DNA of 64,000 bases from Nitrospirota bacterium. Lineage in GTDB: Bacteria > Nitrospirota > UBA9217. Of the stretch, positions 62,121-64,000 are shown one piece after another. Below the pieces are notes generated by a model. The model ran no database searches. It was not told the DNA's origin and saw nothing but the letters and a program-made list of their open reading frames with translations. The stretch is from contig CAWFSF010000002.1 of NCBI GenBank assembly GCA_963818475.1, forward strand, positions 786,497 to 850,496. Direction: 5' to 3'. Every line of letters starts with the position of its first letter. Position 1 is the first letter of the stretch. The position numbers and the translations under genes are program-made.

Positions 62121-62171
62121 CCACGTCAATCTCAGCGAATATCAACCTGGTCCTCTGAAGGAGGTTCCGCC

Positions 62172-63641
62172 ATGAAGAGATCACCTGTCGCACCAATGTT
62201 GTTCGTGCTGTTCACAACCGCTTTATTATCCCTATCCCTGTTCGGGTGTGCCCCGCCCGAAAGCAAACCCGTCAAGACCGTAACCATTCCGGACGGAACG
62301 ATCGAGCCCGCCGAATGGGGGAAGGCCTATCCGACGGAATACGAGCTCTGGAAAAAGACGGAAGTGCCTGAGCCGGCGGGAAAGAGCAAGTACAAGCGGG
62401 GATTTGACGCTGACAGGGTCACGTACGACAAGCTGGCTGAATTTCCGTACATGGCGCTTCTCTTCAATGGATGGGGATTCGGCGTCGAATACAACGAACC
62501 CCGGGGCCATGCGAACATGCTGCGTGACCAGCTCGAGGTCGACCCGTCGAGAGTAAAGGCCGGCGGCGCCTGTCTCACCTGCAAAACGCCTTATGCCCCG
62601 GCCCTGGTAAAAGAAAAGGGGCTCGATTACTTCTCCAAGCCTTACAAAGAAGTCCTCGGCTATATCCCCGAGAAGCACAGGACGCTCGGCGTTGCCTGTA
62701 TCGACTGTCATGACAACAAGGACATGAGCCTGAAATTATCGAGGGATTTTACGCTGGTCGTTGCGCTGAAGGACATGGGTGTCGATCCCGCCAAATTAAC
62801 GCGCCAGGAAATGCGGACCGCTGTATGCGCACAGTGCCATGTGACCTATGTTGTGCAAAAAGACAAGGACATGCATTCCACCAACGTCTTCTTCCCCTGG
62901 CAGGGAAGCACGTGGGGCAATATCACGGTCGAAAAGGTCATCAAGAAGATCCGCAGCGATCCGTCCTATGGCGAATGGAAACAGACGGTGACGGGCTTTA
63001 AGCTTGCATTCATCCGCCACCCCGAGTTTGAAATGTTCTCGATGAACAGCGTCCACTGGAAGGCCGGGGCAGCCTGCGCGGACTGTCATATGCCCTATAC
63101 CAAGGTCGGTGTGAACAAGGTCTCAGACCATCGCGTGATGAGCCCGCTCAAGAACGACATGAGAGCATGCATGCAGTGCCACACGGAAACTCCCGAGTGG
63201 CTGAAAGGACAGGTCATCGCCATCCAGGACAGGACCGTAGCGCTTTTGCTGCGGGCAGGCTACGCTACGGCAACAGCGGCAAAGCTGTTCGAGACCGCTA
63301 ATGCTGCCCAGGCAGCAGGGAAGGCCATTGACAAGGCCTTCTACGACAAGGCCAGGGACTATTACGAAGAGGCCTTTTACCGGGGTGTGTATGTCGGCGC
63401 TGAGAACTCCGTCGGCTTCCATAATCCCACGGAAGCGCTGAGGATCCTCGGAGATTCCATCGCCTTCGCCGAAAAAGCCGAAGGCCTGCTGAGACAGGCG
63501 CTGACAAAAGCCGGGGTCAATGTGCCGCTCAAAGTGGACCTCGAACTGAAGAAATACCTCGACAGCAGGGGAGAAAAGAAGCTCAAGGGTAATCCTGCTT
63601 TTGAGTTCAAGGACCCGTACGGTATTCAGGACCGGATGTAA
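62172..63641 (+). CDS. nrfA: Ammonia-forming cytochrome c nitrite reductase
   Basis: CLTCK (CxxCK) plus four CxxCH; YNEPRGH; RHPEFE; AENSVGFHNP. Confidence 0.95.
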   Translation: MKRSPVAPMLFVLFTTALLSLSLFGCAPPESKPVKTVTIPDGTIEPAEWGKAYPTEYELWKKTEVPEPAGKSKYKRGFDADRVTYDKLAEFPYMALLFNGWGFGVEYNEPRGHANMLRDQLEVDPSRVKAGGACLTCKTPYAPALVKEKGLDYFSKPYKEVLGYIPEKHRTLGVACIDCHDNKDMSLKLSRDFTLVVALKDMGVDPAKLTRQEMRTAVCAQCHVTYVVQKDKDMHSTNVFFPWQGSTWGNITVEKVIKKIRSDPSYGEWKQTVTGFKLAFIRHPEFEMFSMNSVHWKAGAACADCHMPYTKVGVNKVSDHRVMSPLKNDMRACMQCHTETPEWLKGQVIAIQDRTVALLLRAGYATATAAKLFETANAAQAAGKAIDKAFYDKARDYYEEAFYRGVYVGAENSVGFHNPTEALRILGDSIAFAEKAEGLLRQALTKAGVNVPLKVDLELKKYLDSRGEKKLKGNPAFEFKDPYGIQDRM

Positions 63642-63736
63642 TACCCTCATTTACGCCGCAGAGGTCCCCCTTTGTATCCGGCTTATGACGAGGGGGCGTT
63701 CAAGTTCAGGGCAAGCTGTGTTTGAACCTATAGGGT

Positions 63737-63985
63737 CACCCACTTAAAGGGCACCGTCAAGCGAAAACAGTTATCTTGTGGCGAGAAACGAAACGTTTCT
63801 CGCCGAGCCTTGTCGTTATCTTCATCCGTACCACTGCCGCAGTAACTGTTGCTTGAATGCAAATCTATTCCTGTGTACAATCTCATAAAGCACCTTCCTG
63901 GGATAGGATTGGTCTCTTCTCCCAAGAGCATATCAGAGCTTAACCGTTCTGGTATGCTCTGGAGGTGCCCTTTATATGGTTATAC
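63737..63985 (-). mobile_element. Miniature IS110/IS1111-family deletion derivative
   Basis: Sub-terminal IRs CCACTTAAAGGGCACC (63740-63755) / GGTGCCCTTTATATGG (63964-63979); transposase start MRLYTGIDLHSSNSY at 63886, with the rest missing. Confidence 0.75.
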
Positions 63986-64000
63986 AGGTCTTTCTTCTTG

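Noticed and set aside
1-64000. CRISPR array or cas genes
   Set aside because: No regularly spaced direct repeats with unique spacers, and no Cas-like ORFs seen.

Overview
64-kb window from a moderately GC-rich anaerobic Gram-negative bacterium. A Nitrospirota/Desulfobacterota-like origin is inferred from the Geobacter-type nrfHA, the c-di-GMP-I riboswitch and cooS. Many genes carry single-base indels (about 10 in mfd), so this is probably an unpolished long-read assembly and most frameshifts should not be read as pseudogenes. A core block (mfd, three SurA/PpiC-type genes, rlmI-like methyltransferase, tRNA-Val(CAC)) is flanked by mosaic accessory DNA. Left side: an integrase-less attC cassette array (~3.1-9.9 kb), a riboswitch-controlled CBS protein, amrS, an orphan cooS, an unrecognised ~300-nt highly structured RNA-like element with its own terminator (15131-15500), a lipoprotein/TPR-DUF4332 operon, a GH13 glycosidase, USP, NTPase, a pcm-archaemetzincin-DUF362 operon, ftsH, and a sensor kinase carrying a duplicate of the mfd promoter. 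Right of the tRNA: orphan antitoxins, two HNH nucleases, a group II intron, a complete Wadjet (jetABCD) system, several gene and IS scars, nrfHA and a miniature IS110/IS1111 derivative. The best novelty candidate is the orphan large structured ncRNA.
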